Origin: an uncultured Candidatus Saccharibacteria bacterium
GTDB lineage: Bacteria > Patescibacteriota > Minisyncoccia > Phycocordibacterales > Zambryskibacteraceae
DNA: 55,533 nt
Assembly (NCBI GenBank): GCA_964582295.1
Contig: CAZOQP010000003.1
Span: forward strand, 1 to 55,533
Direction of reading: 5' to 3'
The first letter of the stretch is position 1. Every line of letters starts with the position of its first letter. The notes under the pieces are model-generated. The model did not search any database. It saw only the letters and a list, made by a program, of their open reading frames with translations, and was not told the origin of the DNA. The translations under genes and the position numbers were made by a program. Positions 35,025-46,219 of the stretch are shown one piece after another.

Positions 35025-37835
35025 CTATTGGCAACTATCGCAAATAAGGGTTTCGTCGTCCGCTGGATTGTCAAAGGCGCCTGAAGATACCGAAGGAGCG
35101 GATGGAGCCCTAGGCGCCGCCTCGCCTGCGGGACGAGGAACAGAGACTTCCCTATTGAAATTGTTGTTCAAGAGGTGCAACGAGCCGAAACCCCTCCCCC
35201 CAGATGCGGTTGAGGGTTTTTCAGCAACAACCACAGCAGGAGCACGAGCAACTACGACTGGAGCGGCCGCTTCCATCGCGGGGACATTCTCAAGCATACC
35301 GTGAAATATAACATCCGTGACCGCGGCAAAACCTTTGGGCTTAATTGCCTCAATTGGAGCACTTGCTAGCACGGGAGTCTCTACAAATGAAGGAATGGGC
35401 TTTGTAGCGACCGTATCAGCACTCAAACCATCCGCGGTAGTGATCTCAGGCGCCGCGACAGTTATCGCCCCAAATCCGCGCTTGCCTATTTTATGACCCT
35501 TATTCACTGACACAGTTGATTGCTCTGCAGTGTGGCGCGGCATCATGTGGAGATAATAAGTTGACTTCAGTCCTTTTTCCCAGGCAGTTGAATAAAGCTT
35601 CATCATTTCGTCCAAATCCCGCGATTCAAGATAAATATTTCTGGAAAGCGCCTGGTCAACCCATTTCTGCGCTCGTGCCGCAACTTCTATGTATGCATAA
35701 GGCGATGTAGTGAAAGAAGTTTTATACACCTCCTTTACATATCCGGGGATTTTTTCTATGGATGAAATATCTCCCTGATTCGCGACTATCTCCTCGCGCA
35801 CCTCCTCCCAGATACCCATATTCTTAAGATCCTTCACCAAATTGTGATTGAGATCCAAATACTTCCCAGATATCTTGTTGCGTGAGAAAACTTGTGCAAA
35901 GCGCGCGTCAATACCGGGAACAGTGCCCGCGACAAGCCCAATGTTCGCATTGGGCGCAACGGCCATCAAAGTGGCATTCCTCATTCCCTTCTTCACTTTG
36001 GCACGCAGAAGATCCCAATCCAAACCCTTGTGTTTTGATTCTTTGGAAATAGCTATCGGGATGCCGCGTTCCTCTTCAAGAACGGCAAGTGTATCAACAG
36101 GCACCATCCCCTGCGACCAACGTGAGCCGGCGAAATGCGTATACGGACCGCGCACCTCTGCAAGGTTAGCGCTCTCGTCTATCGCCATGTATGAAATGAA
36201 TTCAAATATCCTGTCTGCAAAATCCCATGCGTGAGGACTATCGTAAGCCATACCAAGCTGTTCCAAAATATCCGCAAACCCCATAACACCAAGACCAATC
36301 GCTCTGTTCTCCTGATCTGATTTCTTGGCTTCCGCGATAGGAAGATCGTTTATATCTATAAGGTTGTCTAACTGCCTCACTGCCAGACGCACCGAGTCTT
36401 CAAGGCGGCTCCAGTTGACCTCTCGGTTATGAACGTGGGCTGCAAGATTCAAAGATGCCAAATTGCACACAGCCACATTGTCTTTGTCCTGCGGCAGGCA
36501 AATCTCCGTGCACAAATTGGACATATGGATAGTGCCTGTATTGTTGTTCAAAGCACGCAGATTGATAGTGTCCTTCCATGTCTGCCATGGGTGGGAGGTG
36601 GTCTGGAGGGAAACGAGCATTTGGCGGAAAAGCTCCCGGGCAGGAACTTTTTTCCACATTTTAAGCTCCCCTTTCTTGGCCTTTTCCGTATATTCCGCAT
36701 ACCGCTTGGAAAAAGCGCGCCCGTAAAGCTCATTTAAGTCTTTTACTTCAGACGGATCGAAAAGATACCACTCTTCGTTGTTTCTCACCCTCTTCATGAA
36801 TTCATCCGAAATGTAGGCCGCGGTGTTGGCAGTTCTCATGCGCAGGTAGTCGTCTCCAGCGTTGTGCTTCCAGTCTAAGAAATCCGGAAAATCAATGTGC
36901 CAGTTCTCCATGTAAAAACACAGGGCTCCTTTTTTCTTTCCACCACGGACAATAGCCCTGATAGCTGTATCTATTATTTTTGCGAACGGTGCAGGACCTG
37001 AGGAAACTCCGCCAGTAGACTTAAGGGGCGAGCCGGAAGCACGAAGCTTTGTGATAGAAGCCCCTATGCCACCAGAACCTTTTGAAAGAAGCATCACGTC
37101 CGCGACAGATTTTGCGATATGCCCCATATCGTCGTGTATCTCCATAAGAAAGCAGTTTGAAAGAGCGGGGCGTGAAGTGCCGGAACCAAGATTGGTGGAA
37201 CCGCCAGCAATATATTCAAGTCGCGACATCTTGTTGTAAAAACGGATGGCCCATGCAGTTGGATCTTCTTCGTTGTATGAAAGACCCATTGCAACGCGCA
37301 TGAAAAAGAATTGCGGAGTTTCTGTGTAGTGTTGTGAATTATCTTTCAAAAGATATCTGTTCGCGAGAGTGGAAAGACCTGCGTATTGGAAAAGTTCGTC
37401 GCGGTCAATGTCGAGCGCTTGTGAAAGCGCTTCAAGATTGAAATTATCTGCCATGCGCGCATCAAGCCGTCCGTCTTCAACTCCTGTGATTATAAATTTA
37501 GAGAATGAATCAGAGTGAAGGCACTTCAGAGTTTCTTTTTCGTTGTCATATTTACCGAGCACGCGGCGGTAAATAACTTTTCTGAAAAGACGAGTGGCTA
37601 TTTTGTCGTACTCAATGTCATTGACGATGTTCTGCACCGCTGCATTGATGGTGGCGATGTCCATTTCCTCCGTGGTAATGCCGTCGTACACAGTGAGGCG
37701 CGTATCGGTTGCCACTTGCACCACTTTTCCCACCGGATCGGTAAGACCATAAGTTACCCTTTCTATGGAGCGGTTGATAGCATCTGCGTTGAAAGGTACT
37801 TTTTCGCCGTTGGCTTTTGTAACGTAAGTGGTCAT
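35025..37835 (-). CDS. nrdA: Class I ribonucleotide reductase alpha subunit with N-terminal ATP cone
   Basis: VTKANG cone, LSNCF, SNLCTEI, VCNLASLNL, APNA, KSTYY, C-terminal CDSC. Confidence 0.95.
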   Translation of the reverse strand: MTTYVTKANGEKVPFNADAINRSIERVTYGLTDPVGKVVQVATDTRLTVYDGITTEEMDIATINAAVQNIVNDIEYDKIATRLFRKVIYRRVLGKYDNEKETLKCLHSDSFSKFIITGVEDGRLDARMADNFNLEALSQALDIDRDELFQYAGLSTLANRYLLKDNSQHYTETPQFFFMRVAMGLSYNEEDPTAWAIRFYNKMSRLEYIAGGSTNLGSGTSRPALSNCFLMEIHDDMGHIAKSVADVMLLSKGSGGIGASITKLRASGSPLKSTGGVSSGPAPFAKIIDTAIRAIVRGGKKKGALCFYMENWHIDFPDFLDWKHNAGDDYLRMRTANTAAYISDEFMKRVRNNEEWYLFDPSEVKDLNELYGRAFSKRYAEYTEKAKKGELKMWKKVPARELFRQMLVSLQTTSHPWQTWKDTINLRALNNNTGTIHMSNLCTEICLPQDKDNVAVCNLASLNLAAHVHNREVNWSRLEDSVRLAVRQLDNLIDINDLPIAEAKKSDQENRAIGLGVMGFADILEQLGMAYDSPHAWDFADRIFEFISYMAIDESANLAEVRGPYTHFAGSRWSQGMVPVDTLAVLEEERGIPIAISKESKHKGLDWDLLRAKVKKGMRNATLMAVAPNANIGLVAGTVPGIDARFAQVFSRNKISGKYLDLNHNLVKDLKNMGIWEEVREEIVANQGDISSIEKIPGYVKEVYKTSFTTSPYAYIEVAARAQKWVDQALSRNIYLESRDLDEMMKLYSTAWEKGLKSTYYLHMMPRHTAEQSTVSVNKGHKIGKRGFGAITVAAPEITTADGLSADTVATKPIPSFVETPVLASAPIEAIKPKGFAAVTDVIFHGMLENVPAMEAAAPVVVARAPAVVVAEKPSTASGGRGFGSLHLLNNNFNREVSVPRPAGEAAPRAPSAPSVSSGAFDNPADDETLICDSCQ

Positions 37836-37988
37836 AACTTAATTAAGGATATTTTACTTTTTTTGAGCTACAAACCTACTGTGGATTACACGAAAATCCC
37901 CGCTTCAAAATAGAAAAAGGGAGCAGTCAACCTAAAACATCCGGATGAGCTTACGGCGGCTATACAGAAGAACATCTGGATGACGTTT

Positions 37989-38432
37989 TTACCTCACAAG
38001 CACATTTCCTAAAATTATTCCCTCTCTTTTTATGCTTCCAGCCGGCAATTCCAGCACAAAACGGGCAGGAGAGGTCGGCATAAAGATTTCCGGGTAAGTT
38101 TCAGGGAGTACATCCTCTTTCATATATATAAGAGTACCGTCCTCAGCGAACCAAAGAATATCCAAAGAGAAATTCATATCCTTCATCCATATAGCCCATT
38201 TGTCGTCTCTTTCAAAAACCATGAGGAGCCCCTGATCCTCATCAAGAGATATGGCGCCTGAAAGTCCGCGCTCTCGACTTTCAGGAGTTTCTGCTATAAA
38301 CACATTGAATTTGGCACTACCTACTTGTATAGGTGTATTAAAAGGGAATGTTGATGCACGAAAATAAGATACAAACGAAATAGATATGGCTGCTAAAAGA
38401 ATTATTCCGATAAAAATTTTCTTTGAGCTCAT
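37989..38432 (-). CDS. DUF192 family protein
   Basis: AETPESRERGL, WMKDMNFSLDI, VLELPAG. Confidence 0.88.
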   Translation of the reverse strand: MSSKKIFIGIILLAAISISFVSYFRASTFPFNTPIQVGSAKFNVFIAETPESRERGLSGAISLDEDQGLLMVFERDDKWAIWMKDMNFSLDILWFAEDGTLIYMKEDVLPETYPEIFMPTSPARFVLELPAGSIKREGIILGNVLVR

Positions 38433-38524
38433 GCATTAATAATATCGCATTTATAAAACATATTTGACAAAATATCTGGAGAAGAGCATAAAGGGTGCAG
38501 AACCTTTCACATGCGAGGATGCAT

Positions 38525-38956
38525 ATGATAGCGAGTGCAATGGCAGAGCGGCTGAAGAGTCTCTTTGTAAGAACATTCTCAATGGGACTTCCCTTAGAAC
38601 ATTTCATAGAGGGACCTCCCGTGATCACCGAACGTTTCCTGACAATAGCTACTATGCGATATTGCATTGTGGCAAATGTCGGGATCGCGGTGGACAGTAA
38701 AAAGAAGACGTACTTTTTCATACCGACAGAAAGAGCGGTGAGATGGCTTGAGGAGTACGGTTTCTCGATAGGTCCCCTGCTCGAGGAACATGTATCGATG
38801 GCGGTCAGATCAGAATTTGTCCGCCCTCTCGAAGCTCATGGAAGCGGACCACTTCTTACCATTCCGGTATTTTTTCAGGACAGATCGGAATATGAGGAAG
38901 TGATCCAATTTCTGCTCCGGGAACATACGAGAATTCATCACCTGAACGACAGATGA
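38525..38956 (+). CDS. Hypothetical protein
   Basis: GAGGA RBS before ATG 38525, TTGACA at 38464, followed by a terminator; start uncertain. Confidence 0.6.
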   Translation: MIASAMAERLKSLFVRTFSMGLPLEHFIEGPPVITERFLTIATMRYCIVANVGIAVDSKKKTYFFIPTERAVRWLEEYGFSIGPLLEEHVSMAVRSEFVRPLEAHGSGPLLTIPVFFQDRSEYEEVIQFLLREHTRIHHLNDR

Positions 38957-38959
38957 ACA

Positions 38960-39009
38960 AAAAGGCGTCTCCCACCCGTGCACAGATGCACAGGTGGGAG
39001 ACGCCTTTT
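38960..39009. terminator. Bidirectional terminator
   Basis: aaaaggcgtctcccacc...ggtgggagacgcctttt. Confidence 0.8.
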
Positions 39010-39010
39010 C

Positions 39011-39403
39011 CTATTCTTTTTTAAAATCCAAACAAACGGAATTAATGCAGTATCTCTTACCTGTATCCGTAGGCCCGTCCTCAAAAACATGACCGAGGTG
39101 GGATTTACATCGTTTGCATCTCACTTCAGTTCTTTTCATTCCATGTGAATCGTCCTCCATAAGCTCTACATGTTCCAAATTTGCCGGTTCATCAAAAGAA
39201 GGCCAGCCCGTGCCCGATTCAAACTTAGCATCCGATGAGAAAAGCTCCGCTCCGCAGATCCGGCAACGGTACATTCCCTTCTCTTTATTATGTAAAAGCT
39301 CACCCGTGCCTGGCGCTTCAGTACTTCCACCCCGAGCTACTGCATAAACTTCTTCAGGGAGCTCCTGTTTTAGCTCTTCTTCACTCTTTTTGAATTCATT
39401 CAT
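39011..39403 (-). CDS. msrB: Peptide-methionine (R)-S-oxide reductase
   Basis: KFESGTGWPSF, HLGHVFEDGP, RYCINS, two CxxC. Confidence 0.96.
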   Translation of the reverse strand: MNEFKKSEEELKQELPEEVYAVARGGSTEAPGTGELLHNKEKGMYRCRICGAELFSSDAKFESGTGWPSFDEPANLEHVELMEDDSHGMKRTEVRCKRCKSHLGHVFEDGPTDTGKRYCINSVCLDFKKE

Positions 39404-39417
39404 GGAAACATTTTAGC

Positions 39418-39460
39418 AAAACAAAAGGGCGCACGCGTTACGCGTGCGCCCTTTTGTTTT
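39418..39460 (-). terminator. Intrinsic terminator
   Basis: aaaacaaaagggcgcacgcgt-t-acgcgtgcgcccttttgtttt. Confidence 0.8.
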
Positions 39461-39468
39461 GGGTGGTA

Positions 39469-39759
39469 TTAGTATCCACCGCGACCGTAACCGTTGCCAC
39501 CCTCACGAGGAGCTTTCGGCTGTGCCTCCTTGACGGAGATCTTGCGGCCTTCAAAGTCGGAATCATTAAGAGTTTCGATTGCTTTCACAGCTTCCTCATC
39601 GGATGCCATTTCAACGAAACCAAAACCTTTAGACCGGCCGGTCATGCGATCAATAATGATCGCAACAGACTCAACCGTTCCCGCCTGAGCGAAGTGCGCA
39701 CGAAGCGCATCTTCAGAAGAGGTGTAAGGAATTCCGCCCACAAACAATTTCTTTGCCAT
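39469..39759 (-). CDS. RRM-domain RNA-binding protein with a Gly-rich tail
   Basis: KLFVGGI (RNP2), KGFGFVEM (RNP1). Confidence 0.95.
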   Translation of the reverse strand: MAKKLFVGGIPYTSSEDALRAHFAQAGTVESVAIIIDRMTGRSKGFGFVEMASDEEAVKAIETLNDSDFEGRKISVKEAQPKAPREGGNGYGRGGY

Positions 39760-39848
39760 TTTTCAATTTACACGAGCGAATAAAAGTACGAAGCACCTTC
39801 TGCACACATGTAAATCACGCTGCGTAAAGGCAAATTCTGTACCCCCCC

Positions 39849-39877
39849 ATTATACACCCACGCCCCTGAAAAGTCAA
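39849..39877 (-). promoter_or_regulatory. sigma70 promoter for the RRM gene
   Basis: TTGACT-17 nt-TATAAT. Confidence 0.7.
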
Positions 39878-39960
39878 GCTAGAGATGAATATGGCTCAAC
39901 AGGGGCCATATAAAACTATTATAATTTCCTCAATTCAAAACATTTATAAATGTATATAAA

Positions 39961-40410
39961 TTACTGCTTTCTTTCGTAAGTTCCTATAAGTTCTGCTTCT
40001 TCAACGATATGCTCATCTATCATAGCTTTTAGAGCACCAGCTTCTGATCCTGACGGCAGTGAGAGCGTGGCATCCAACGCATATAATTTGAATGAATAAT
40101 GGTGTATTCCCTCCTGTGGACAAGGACCTCCATAACCCGTCTTTTTGAAGCTTGTCTCCCCTTCCACTGCACCTTCTGGCATATGATCATCTCCTATTAC
40201 TTTTGTATGAGGATCTATATTCCAAAGCGTCCAATGTGTCCACGTGCCACTCGGTGAATCTGGATCTTCCATAATAAGTGCGAGGCTTTTCGCCTCGCTT
40301 GGGACACCTGAAATATGGAGTTCTGGATTAATATCCTCCCCGCTGCATGTGTAGCGTGGAGGAATAGAAGTGTTGTGTTCAAAAACCGGACTGGTGATTT
40401 TCATACCCAT
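39961..40410 (-). CDS. YbhB/YbcL family (PEBP/RKIP-like) protein
   Basis: EDPDSPSGTWTHW, GYGGPCP, HHYSFKLYALD. Confidence 0.93.
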   Translation of the reverse strand: MGMKITSPVFEHNTSIPPRYTCSGEDINPELHISGVPSEAKSLALIMEDPDSPSGTWTHWTLWNIDPHTKVIGDDHMPEGAVEGETSFKKTGYGGPCPQEGIHHYSFKLYALDATLSLPSGSEAGALKAMIDEHIVEEAELIGTYERKQ

Positions 40411-40449
40411 ACAGACGAGTCACTACCACCAATGATTACAAACCTTTCT

Positions 40450-40478
40450 TGGCGGGGTGCCTCGGGCTAGAACCGTGG
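40450..40478 (-). pseudogene. Degenerate tRNA 3'-end fragment (possible att remnant)
   Basis: Minus strand CCACGG-TTCTAGC-CCGAGG-CACCCCGCCA: T-arm-like hairpin and CCA end. Confidence 0.4.
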
Positions 40479-40552
40479 TCGGTCAAGCCCAGATTGACGG
40501 AATCAACCTATTTTACACTACTCTCCCGACGTCGCTCGTGCTCGTCTAGAAA

Positions 40553-40726
40553 CTAATTTTTTAAGTAATCAATCAATAGAATCAAGGGAGGTACGTACAT
40601 TACTAATAAAAGAATGATGTAAACAGTAATATTCTCTCCATTTTCAAGTTTTTCTCTAAGCCCATTGTAAAAGATGCCGAGTATAATTATATGAACTATG
40701 ATGCCGACAATTACTAAAGGATCCAT
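40553..40726 (-). CDS. Small AT-rich membrane protein
   Basis: Two hydrophobic segments; start uncertain. Confidence 0.55.
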   Translation of the reverse strand: MDPLVIVGIIVHIIILGIFYNGLREKLENGENITVYIILLLVMYVPPLILLIDYLKN

Positions 40727-40745
40727 ATTCTTAAAGTAGATTACT

Positions 40746-40994
40746 TTATAAAACACCCCTTACATTTGGAGTCACTTTTTCATATTTCTCCTTATCTTCA
40801 GAATCTAGTTCTAGCAAAGATTTGAGTTGTTCTTGAGTCAATAGTGATTCACGGTTCATTTTCAGTGCGTGATTATATTCCGTACTCCAAGTTTGAATTT
40901 TCTTTTCATTCTCAATCATCTTTTGAAGATATTTTATATGAAAATAAAGAAACCCAGAAAGTGCTAGCAGTAAAATTATAATTACTATTTCCAT
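40746..40994 (-). CDS. Small AT-rich protein with an N-terminal TM helix
   Basis: 82 aa ORF MEIVIIILLLALSG... Confidence 0.6.
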   Translation of the reverse strand: MEIVIIILLLALSGFLYFHIKYLQKMIENEKKIQTWSTEYNHALKMNRESLLTQEQLKSLLELDSEDKEKYEKVTPNVRGVL

Positions 40995-41082
40995 ATTAAT
41001 ATTATACTTTAATTTGCATTAGACTCTATATACTTAATCCTAAATAACCCACGCACCTCGTGCGGGATAACCTATCACGATT

Positions 41083-41170
41083 TGGCGGAGGCGGAGAGAT
41101 TCGAACTCTCGGTGGTTTTACCCACACACGCTTTCCAAGCGTGCGCACTAGACCGCTATGCGACGCCTCC
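41083..41170 (-). tRNA. tRNA-Ser(GGA)
   Basis: GGAGGCGTCGCATAGCGGTCTAGTGC...CACGC-TTGGAAA-GCGTG, long variable arm, GTTCGAATC, CCA. Confidence 0.95.
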
Positions 41171-41190
41171 GTTGTCCAACTAATCTATCA

Positions 41191-42111
41191 TTATTTGAGC
41201 TTTTCTAATAATTCTCTTTCTTCAAATTCAACTAGTGCTTTTATGCGCTCCTCTACCGGTGGATGGGTCATGAATAAATGAGCGATGCCTTTGCGGGCTT
41301 GGGCTCCAAAAGGATTGGCGATAAAAAGATGGGCAGTCGCATTTGAGGCATGAGCGAGGGGCTTCGAAGAAGAATGGATTTTTACCAGAGCATTCGCAAG
41401 TCCTTGAGGATATCGGGTGAGAAGAGCACCCGTAGCATCCGCCAGAAATTCTCTCTTGCGGGAAATGGCCAGCTGAATGAGAGTTGCTGCAATAGGAGCA
41501 AGAATGAGCGCTATCACACTCAAAAGAGCGAACACTCCCCCATGACCCCTATTATCACTGCCACGTCCGCCGAACATCATTGAGCGCATGAAAAAATCTG
41601 AAGCTATCGCGATAAGCCCAGCCAAAACCACAGCTACCGTGCCTATCAAAGTGTCGCGATTGCCTATGTGGGACATTTCGTGAGCGATAACTCCTTCAAG
41701 TTCCGATTTTTCTAAAATCTGCCGAAGTCCGGATGTAACAGCGATAGCTCCGTGTGCAGGATCTCGCCCCGTGGCAAAAGCATTGGGCGACGGATCGTCT
41801 ATCATATAAAGCCGCGGCATAGGAAGGCCTGCGGAGATGGCAAGATTTTCCGTGATATTCCACAGCTCCGGATCTTCACTTTTTGAAAGTGGCTTCGCGC
41901 GGGTCATGGAAAGGGCGAGCTTGTCTGAATTCCAATAAGAATAAATATTCGCAAATACGGCAATAGCAACTGCTATATAAAGAATGAAAGAGTTTCCGTA
42001 CCACCACGATATTGCGTAGCCAAGAGCAATCACCAGAACAAGGAAAACGCTCATCAGTGCCCAGGTGCGGGCGATATTGCTGTCTCTATGTGCATAAAGA
42101 TTTTCTCCCAT
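41191..42111 (-). CDS. htpX: Zinc metalloprotease HtpX (M48)
   Basis: PNAFATG, AHEMSH, SRKREFLAD, THPP. Confidence 0.95.
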   Translation of the reverse strand: MGENLYAHRDSNIARTWALMSVFLVLVIALGYAISWWYGNSFILYIAVAIAVFANIYSYWNSDKLALSMTRAKPLSKSEDPELWNITENLAISAGLPMPRLYMIDDPSPNAFATGRDPAHGAIAVTSGLRQILEKSELEGVIAHEMSHIGNRDTLIGTVAVVLAGLIAIASDFFMRSMMFGGRGSDNRGHGGVFALLSVIALILAPIAATLIQLAISRKREFLADATGALLTRYPQGLANALVKIHSSSKPLAHASNATAHLFIANPFGAQARKGIAHLFMTHPPVEERIKALVEFEERELLEKLK

Positions 42112-42154
42112 ATAAATAGAGGACGAATGACTAAAGCGTATAATTCAATACCTC

Positions 42155-42709
42155 TTAAAATTTCACGGACACGGGTTTAGCTTCCTCTGTACTCTCAAGC
42201 TCAAAGAAATCCATACGGGAGAAACCGAGCATTCCTGCTACAAGATTGCCAGGAAAAGACTCAATTGAAATATTTAAATCACGCACATTCGTATTGTAGA
42301 AACGTCTGGAGGCCTGCACCTTGTTTTCCGTATCTGAAAGCTCTCGCTGAAGTTCTAAGAAATTTGTATTGGCTTTGAGGTCAGGATAATTCTCTGCCAC
42401 CGCAAAAAGAGATTTGAGAGCACCGGAAAGCATATTCTCCGCCTGGCCTGCTTCGGCAGCACCGCCCGCAGACATAGCTGCAGTCCTCGCAACTGTAACC
42501 TTTTCAAGTAATTCCCTCTCGTGCGTAGCGTATCCCTTTACCGTTTCCACAAGATTGGGGATGAGGTCATATCGGCGTTTGAGCTGAACAGAGATATCTG
42601 CCCACGCTTCTTTGGCGCGGTTCTTGAGCCGCACGAGCTTGTTGAAAATACCTATAACCCAAAGCACCAAAACCCCGAGAACAACTAAAAGAATTGTAGT
42701 GATATTCAT
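42155..42709 (-). CDS. lemA: LemA family protein
   Basis: QLKRRYDLIPNLV, AENYPDLKA, RRFYN. Confidence 0.95.
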   Translation of the reverse strand: MNITTILLVVLGVLVLWVIGIFNKLVRLKNRAKEAWADISVQLKRRYDLIPNLVETVKGYATHERELLEKVTVARTAAMSAGGAAEAGQAENMLSGALKSLFAVAENYPDLKANTNFLELQRELSDTENKVQASRRFYNTNVRDLNISIESFPGNLVAGMLGFSRMDFFELESTEEAKPVSVKF

Positions 42710-42727
42710 ATAGGTATTATACAGCTT

Positions 42728-44401
<1,674 letters not shown>

Positions 44402-44433
44402 TTATTGATTTATAACGAATAGCTGATAAAAAA

Positions 44434-44766
44434 TTATTTAAGAACGGCGAGAATGTCTGTCTCGCGGACAAGTACGTATTCCTCACCATCATGCTTCACT
44501 ATATCGCCCCAAGAGTAAAGAACTTTTTGTCCTGGCTTTACGGAGACCGCGACAAGCTTACCTTCCTCGGTTCTGCCGGGGCCTACAGCCACCACGCGCC
44601 CTACTTTTCCGCCCTTATCTTCTTTTACACTTTCCGGCAGGTATATCCCCGCGTCGGTTTTTCGGCTGCCCGTTTCCGCATCTTCCGGCTTCACCAGCAC
44701 CCTGTCCTGAAGGGGTGAAATGTTCACGGATTTCTCTGGGTTGGTTTTCACTTTAGGTTTTGCCAT
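44434..44766 (-). CDS. groS: Co-chaperonin GroES
   Basis: PLQDRVLV, GIYLP, VVAVGPG, DILAV. Confidence 0.95.
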   Translation of the reverse strand: MAKPKVKTNPEKSVNISPLQDRVLVKPEDAETGSRKTDAGIYLPESVKEDKGGKVGRVVAVGPGRTEEGKLVAVSVKPGQKVLYSWGDIVKHDGEEYVLVRETDILAVLK

Positions 44767-44824
44767 AGGGTTGAAATTTTTAAGGTGCGCTCATCTTATA
44801 TAAGAGTTAGAAAATATGCAAAAG

Positions 44825-44858
44825 AAAAGGTCCGGCACCACTTCGGTGTCCGGACCTT
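44825..44858 (-). terminator. Intrinsic terminator
   Basis: aaggtccggcacc...ggtgtccggacctt, with a T-run on the minus strand. Confidence 0.7.
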
Positions 44859-44879
44859 GTCCCATTTCTACTTCGCGGG

Positions 44880-45755
44880 TCAGGCAGCTTTTCTGGCTTT
44901 GCCGCCTTTCTTCTTGCTCTGACCCTTCTTCTCCTTCTTCGCGATAGGCAGGGCGCCTTTCGCGACATACCGGCGGACTTTGCGACGCTTGGATGGCGCC
45001 GGAGTCAGCACTTCCTTGACGGTTTTCGCCGCGATGTCCGACCTTGCAGTCTCGATCGCCTCGAAAAGCGTTGAATAGCGGCTATAGAGCAAACCGAGAT
45101 CTCCCTTGCGTGCCACCGCGCCGCGGAACATGTTCATAGCATCACTCACGCCGCGGCTGTGCGGCTCGAAGTAGGAGCTCTCCCTGAGAGATACCACTAC
45201 TTCGTACGCCCCCTTTGATGCCTGCTCCGAAAGGAAGAATCCTGTCATCGCATGCCGAAGGGTGTTCACGGCGATCGTCGCGGACTTCGCTCCATCACGG
45301 AGCATTTTGGTCGTGACCACCTCTTCCCTGTAGCATTTAAGCGAAAGCAGGTTGAGGTTTTCCGACACGTCGAGAATCTTGTCCGGTACTTCGAAGGACA
45401 GGATTTTCTCGGCGCGATCGAGTTCCTTCTCCAGAAGCTGCCGCATCATGTCGAATTCCTTTTTGATTTTCGGAAATTCGACGAGAAAGGCCTTGATGCC
45501 GTTCTCGATCATGCGCGACGCCGAAGCGAGCTCGGTGGCGAGGTAGTTGAGCCGTCCCGGGTTTGACTTTCCCGGCTCACGCTCAACCCACACGAGAGCA
45601 CGCTCGACAACCTGCTTCAGTGCGACGGCGCGAGAGCCCAGAGAGAAGCCTGCCGTGCCAAGCGCCCGGGAAATGATTCCCAGGAATCTCTGCACCGCCG
45701 ACTTGAACTCCGTTTCCTTTTGCACCACCTGCTCGGGAGCCATGGTTTTCTGCAT
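44880..45755 (-). CDS. Hypothetical helical protein with a Lys/Arg-rich C-terminal tail
   Basis: 291 aa ORF, AGGAG RBS, consensus promoter and terminator. Confidence 0.75.
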   Translation of the reverse strand: MQKTMAPEQVVQKETEFKSAVQRFLGIISRALGTAGFSLGSRAVALKQVVERALVWVEREPGKSNPGRLNYLATELASASRMIENGIKAFLVEFPKIKKEFDMMRQLLEKELDRAEKILSFEVPDKILDVSENLNLLSLKCYREEVVTTKMLRDGAKSATIAVNTLRHAMTGFFLSEQASKGAYEVVVSLRESSYFEPHSRGVSDAMNMFRGAVARKGDLGLLYSRYSTLFEAIETARSDIAAKTVKEVLTPAPSKRRKVRRYVAKGALPIAKKEKKGQSKKKGGKARKAA

Positions 45756-45826
45756 GCTGTCTCCTGTGGGTTTGGGGCTTATAGCCCCGTGAGAAAAAAT
45801 GGGATGTTACTGTACTACTATCTACT

Positions 45827-45854
45827 ATTATACACATATATGCTGATTTGTCAA
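45827..45854 (-). promoter_or_regulatory. Consensus sigma70 promoter
   Basis: TTGACA-16 nt-TATAAT with TGn extension. Confidence 0.75.
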
Positions 45855-45878
45855 GTATGAAATACAATTGGGTGTGGT

Positions 45879-45918
45879 GCCCCACAAAAATGGCTTAATA
45901 TAGCCATTTTTGTGGGGC
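45879..45918. repeat. 17-bp perfect inverted repeat between divergent genes
   Basis: gccccacaaaaatggct-taatat-agccatttttgtggggc. Confidence 0.8.
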
Positions 45919-45958
45919 GGGCTTCCAAAAAAGCAGGGGTTGAGCTATCCTAGCCCTT

Positions 45959-46183
45959 ATGTCATCAATATTACCCATTGTTCAGCTTGTTCTCGCAGGG
46001 CTTCTCATAGCGGGTGTCCTTTTACAGCGCTCAGATGCATCCCTTGGTTCCGCCTTCGGCCAGGACACTTTCGGCGGCGTAAAATATGAGAAGCGCGGCC
46101 TTGAAAAAATGATCTTCATCGGCACCATTGTGGTCGCTATTCTTTTCGCCCTCTCCGCTTTCGCGGCCCTCTTCATCAACTAA
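45959..46183 (+). CDS. secG: Preprotein translocase subunit SecG
   Basis: Two TM helices, VLLQ...LGSAFG...RGLEK. Confidence 0.9.
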   Translation: MSSILPIVQLVLAGLLIAGVLLQRSDASLGSAFGQDTFGGVKYEKRGLEKMIFIGTIVVAILFALSAFAALFIN

Positions 46184-46219
46184 ATTTTCCTGTCTCACAC
46201 GGGCGCCTGCTACCAAAGT

